Assembly: GCA_964442665.1 (NCBI GenBank)
Contig: CAYUAV010000001.1
Coordinates: 315-29,507 of the forward strand
Length of the DNA: 29,193 nt
Source: an uncultured Bacteroidales bacterium
Lineage (GTDB): Bacteria > Bacteroidota > Bacteroidia > Bacteroidales > UBA10428
Reading direction: 5' to 3'
The position numbers were made by a program, and so were the translations under genes. Under the pieces are notes generated by a model. The model saw nothing but the letters and a program-made list of their open reading frames with translations, was not told where the DNA came from and made no database searches. Position 1 is the first letter of the stretch, and each line of letters opens with the position of its first letter. Below are positions 27,526-29,193 of this stretch, piece by piece.

Positions 27526-28803
27526 CTATTGGCAAAGGCTGTTGGCAATGCCGGGCGTACCCAGATCGCCGGTGTTATAGGCAACAGTGCTTTCGCACCA
27601 GTTACTGCCCAACATGGCTTCTGTGGCACTGGTAATATCCGAACTGAGTTGAAGCGAGCTGCCGGCAGGAACGGATGGGAAACTTGGATCTCCGTAGTCG
27701 ACAGAGCAGATAATATAACCATCCGTACCATCGGTTCCATAAGTATTTAAAATCAGTTCTTCGCCGGCGTTGGGAAGCGTAATCGATGTGCCATACACAT
27801 AGTCTGTATTGTCAGTAGCCGTTATGGTACGTGCCAGTACAGCATATTCACCCGAAGCCAGTATCACATCATTTGCGATCACGTGCAGGGCATTATTGAA
27901 ACCCCTGCGTAATACCAGATCTTTCAGGTTTACTGTTTCATCGGAATTGTTCAGTACTTCGAGCCATTCGCCTTCAGAATCGCCCAGAGCATCGGGATCA
28001 TACATTATTTCCGTGATCAGCAGATCACCATAGTTCCATCCCGAGGGGTCCTCATTACTGATAACCACTACCTCAGTTTCGTACGACTCATCCACATCAA
28101 GTAAAATGTTGCCATAGCCTTCGGTAAGGCACGCTTCAATATGAATTTCATAGTGTTTACCTGCTTCAGGACTGGCAATACTTCCCGTGAGTAATAGCGT
28201 TCCAGGGTCACCACTGCCATTCAGGTATGTCAGCGTAGCTTCTATATCCAGGGGGCCCTGGTCGAAATAACCTGCACGACTTTCGGTCATACCGAAGATG
28301 AGACTTCCGCCTGCATTACCCACTGTGGTTTCATAACTGGTAAAATCGTCTGTTACCGATTGGGAATATACCACCGTGACCATGATATTCGACAATATAC
28401 AGGTAACGGATGCTGAAGTGGTTTCACCGGCCACAATAACAAACACATCCGACTCGCCATAGTAGTATGGATTATCGAATGCAGCAGGCAAATTGTTGTC
28501 GGATGAGGCTACTGCATAATATGAACCCTCGGGAAGGTCAATAACATCCGGCATATCAACAGCATGTTCATACGATACGATCAGCTGGTCTGACAGATCG
28601 TAAATGGCAACTGAGAATTCATCGGGTTCGGCTGCCTTCAGGTTATTGTATACATTAAAAGTTTCAACCGATATTCCCATGTCCAGATTAAGATAGCCTT
28701 TTTTATCCATCTCATGTTCTTTTTTCGAACAGGAGACAAATAGCATAATGATCAATGCAGGAATTACTATTCCTGAGATTGAGAATAAATAGTGTTTCTT
28801 CAT
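27526..28803 (-). CDS. Lipoprotein with DUF4493-like N-terminal domain and C-terminal lamin-tail (LTD) domain
   Basis: Lipobox LFVS-C25-SKKE; GYLNL, LPEGSYYAVAS, AAFDNPYYYGESDVFVI, VTCILSNIMVTVVYS (DUF4493-like); GDLLITEIMYDP...GEWLEVLN...GTPG.ANS (LTD, about 27526-28029). Confidence 0.75.
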   Translation of the reverse strand: MKKHYLFSISGIVIPALIIMLFVSCSKKEHEMDKKGYLNLDMGISVETFNVYNNLKAAEPDEFSVAIYDLSDQLIVSYEHAVDMPDVIDLPEGSYYAVASSDNNLPAAFDNPYYYGESDVFVIVAGETTSASVTCILSNIMVTVVYSQSVTDDFTSYETTVGNAGGSLIFGMTESRAGYFDQGPLDIEATLTYLNGSGDPGTLLLTGSIASPEAGKHYEIHIEACLTEGYGNILLDVDESYETEVVVISNEDPSGWNYGDLLITEIMYDPDALGDSEGEWLEVLNNSDETVNLKDLVLRRGFNNALHVIANDVILASGEYAVLARTITATDNTDYVYGTSITLPNAGEELILNTYGTDGTDGYIICSVDYGDPSFPSVPAGSSLQLSSDITSATEAMLGSNWCESTVAYNTGDLGTPGIANSLCQ

Positions 28804-29193
28804 GATATAGTAGAGTTTGGTTACTGTTAACGTATTAAGTATAAACGCGAAATAAATAAAATTTTTTATTTAATGAAATAATTTATTGGAATTTGAGATA
28901 ATATATAATCATTCTAAATAAATAAGGTTGTTTTATTACAGTAGCTTGGTTACATATATCACATTAGTTATGCAGTAGTATTCCACGGATTAAATTATCC
29001 TGTTGACAAAGGGTTGTCATTGTAACAGATAGGGTTAATTCCGTAGATGCCGACAATGCAATAAAGCTGATTGATCTGAAGTTGATAGTAAAATAAGTAC
29101 GGGTGATATACTATTATCAGATTTTAATATGATAACCAACTCTAAACTTATAAACGCAGCATGGTATATGGCTTAATTCATCAATCCTTTACT

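Noticed and set aside
27376-27750. Overlapping ORFs 27376-27750 (+) and 27429-27740 (-)
   Set aside because: They run through the terminator hairpin and overlap the LTD gene in other frames.
28849-28874. AAATAAAA/TTTTATTT inverted repeat
   Set aside because: Pure A/T low complexity; expected by chance.
1-29193. CRISPR arrays, tRNA/rRNA, IS elements, invertible promoters, programmed frameshifts
   Set aside because: No spaced direct repeats, cloverleafs, transposases, recombinases or split reading frames were seen by eye; all recognised genes appear intact.

Overview
Bacteroidota (probably Bacteroidales-like) chromosomal window, AT-rich and almost fully coding. It shows Bacteroidota-type TTTG-N19/20-TAnnTTTG promoters, lipoproteins with acidic residues after the Cys, gldA, T9SS C-terminal domains and BtuG. 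Left to right: 3' end of a hybrid histidine kinase; a CDF metal exporter divergent from a cobalamin riboswitch-btuB-btuG unit; an orphan PhoR/RprX-like kinase; ileS (type 2)-dksA-lspA; ROK kinase; standalone receiver; DUF2461; ispD; DUF2807; a small secreted Trp-Met repeat protein; gldA-metK; a sugar-nucleotide precursor block (TviB/WbpO-type dehydrogenase, wbpB, gmd, fcl); then a 6-kb cluster of four surface proteins (LCCL lipoprotein, T9SS beta-helix protein, T9SS tail-fibre-like protein with an S74 autocleaving chaperone, DUF4493-lamin-tail lipoprotein). No tRNA, rRNA, CRISPR array or mobile element was seen. Best leads: (1) the S74+T9SS self-releasing surface fibre and its cluster next to Wbp genes; (2) a base-pair-level, SD-independent translational switch downstream of the B12 aptamer; (3) the WM-repeat protein; (4) unusual motifs in core genes (IleRS GIHH, Zn-ligand-free IleRS knuckle and DksA, His-free CDF site). 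All family assignments come from motif recognition by eye; no database search was run.
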